Below are positions 62,924-64,000 of a stretch of 64,000 nucleotides of DNA, one piece after another. Each line of letters opens with the position of its first letter. Within the stretch, counting starts at the first letter, position 1. A program made the translations under genes and the position numbers. The notes under the pieces were generated by a model. It ran no database searches. It had not been told where the DNA came from and was given only the letters and a program-made list of their open reading frames with translations. Source of the stretch: Haliotis rufescens (lineage: Eukaryota); NCBI RefSeq assembly GCF_023055435.1, contig NW_025963851.1, forward strand, positions 62,001 to 126,000, given 5' to 3'.

Positions 62924-63182
62924 GGGACCACGGGTGGCCGAGTCGTCTCAGGCGCAGCAATTCGCTGAGCAGAGTTGCGTCCCTTGGGCACGCCAGAAAC
63001 CTATGATTGTGAGTTCAAATCCCGGTTTGCCACGATTATGTTTCTACGTTTGTCAGGACCATACCCGTGCTCGTGGGTTTCACCGAGGTGTTAGACGCCT
63101 GAGACCTGCATCACTTCGTGCTTTCCTCCCACATTATGTTGTCACAGCGCGATATAACTGTAATACTGTAATAACACTCACC
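62924..63182 (+). mobile_element. tRNA-derived SINE family Y with a 10-bp TSD
   Basis: TSD TCACACAACA at 62914-62923 and 63183-63192; A box TGGCCGAGTCG. Confidence 0.9.
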
Positions 63183-63197
63183 TCACACAACACTCAC

Positions 63198-63388
63198 CAT
63201 TTCTGTTAGCAACTGTGTCTTGGCTACATCGCCACATAATACGACATCCGTATGCAAACACCTCCTGTCTACATGGTGTCTTGTCCAAAAACGGATTGCT
63301 TGCGGGAATGCCGTACCGGAGCACTGAGACGCCCACAAATCCCGGTTCAACCACATCAACTCTCAATATCTTCCCGAGAAGCCTGGCT
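63198..63388 (-). CDS. HHIP-like exon, copy C (the exon that precedes the RIFCGD exon)
   Basis: ARLLGKILRVDV...YGIPASNPFL...EVFAYGCRIMWRCSQD...NG; CAG| phase 2, G|GTGAGT phase 1; matches HHIPL LLGK.LRIDV..Y.IP..NPF..E..A.G.RN.WRCS.D. Confidence 0.92.
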
Positions 63389-63397
63389 CTGTATGGG

Positions 63398-63700
63398 AGA
63401 GTGAGTTGGGTTCAGTGCCGCTTTCAACAATATTTCACTTATATCTCACAGAATGTAGATGTAGGTCTTGTACTGCTGTCATAAGTCTATGTTAAAGAAC
63501 ACGAGTTCCGATCGGCTGAGTGTTTTAACTGTGGTATGTCTATGTTAAAGTATGCGTTATTACCAGTTTAGTAAAACCTATGAACGAGTATGGTGCTGAC
63601 AAAGACAGAAACATAAACAGGGCGAACAGGGATTCGAACTAGCGACCAGAGGCTTCTTGTACGCCCAAGGAACTCAACTCTGTACAGCGACTTTCAGGGC
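63398..63700 (-). mobile_element. Interrupted SINE family Y copy (tail about 63398-63455, head about 63580-63700)
   Basis: GAGTGAGTTGGG tail and GGATTCGAAC (reverse-complement B box). Confidence 0.65.
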
Positions 63701-64000
63701 CTCGTTCTGATATCAGCACTAAGACTGTTATAAGTCTATGTTAAAGACTACACGCTACGATTGCAAAAAAATACGAGTTTAGATTGTCTTATAGCTGTGA
63801 CTGTCATAAGTCTGTGCGAAAGAATATGAGTTATTACCGTCTTTGCACTACCATTGTCGTAACTCCATGTTAAAAAATACGAGCATACAATTATCTATGT
63901 GGAAGCGGTTTTCGACCCTTGTTCAGCAAGTTATAAAGTAGCACTTTCCCATCGACTTACAAAGTACAAGAGATTGAAATGATTTGTGAATAGGGGCCCT

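Overview
Eukaryotic, intron-rich, repeat-dense invertebrate DNA. The SINE and Tc1 content points to a marine mollusc, probably an abalone-like gastropod (inference). The window is a tandem segmental duplication with unit starts near 2077, 35231 and 59007; the third unit is truncated at about 60356. Each full unit carries a plus-strand TRIM E3 ligase (RING, two B-boxes, coiled coil, NHL-type beta-propeller) lying tail-to-tail with minus-strand 3' exons of an HHIP-like (glucose/sorbosone dehydrogenase-fold) gene. TRIM copy A is intact (about 666 aa). TRIM copy B has a templated -1 frameshift between the coiled-coil region and the propeller. HHIP-like exons occur in several partial copies (15.5-19.2, 27.7, 46.7-47.5, 51.0 and 63.2-63.4 kb) with compatible splice phases. 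The rest is Tc1/mariner relics, LINE and Penelope-like fragments, at least four SINE-like families, many minisatellites, an orphan VWA exon, candidate minimal hammerhead ribozymes and a 143-N gap. All alignments and counts were made by eye; repeat boundaries are approximate.
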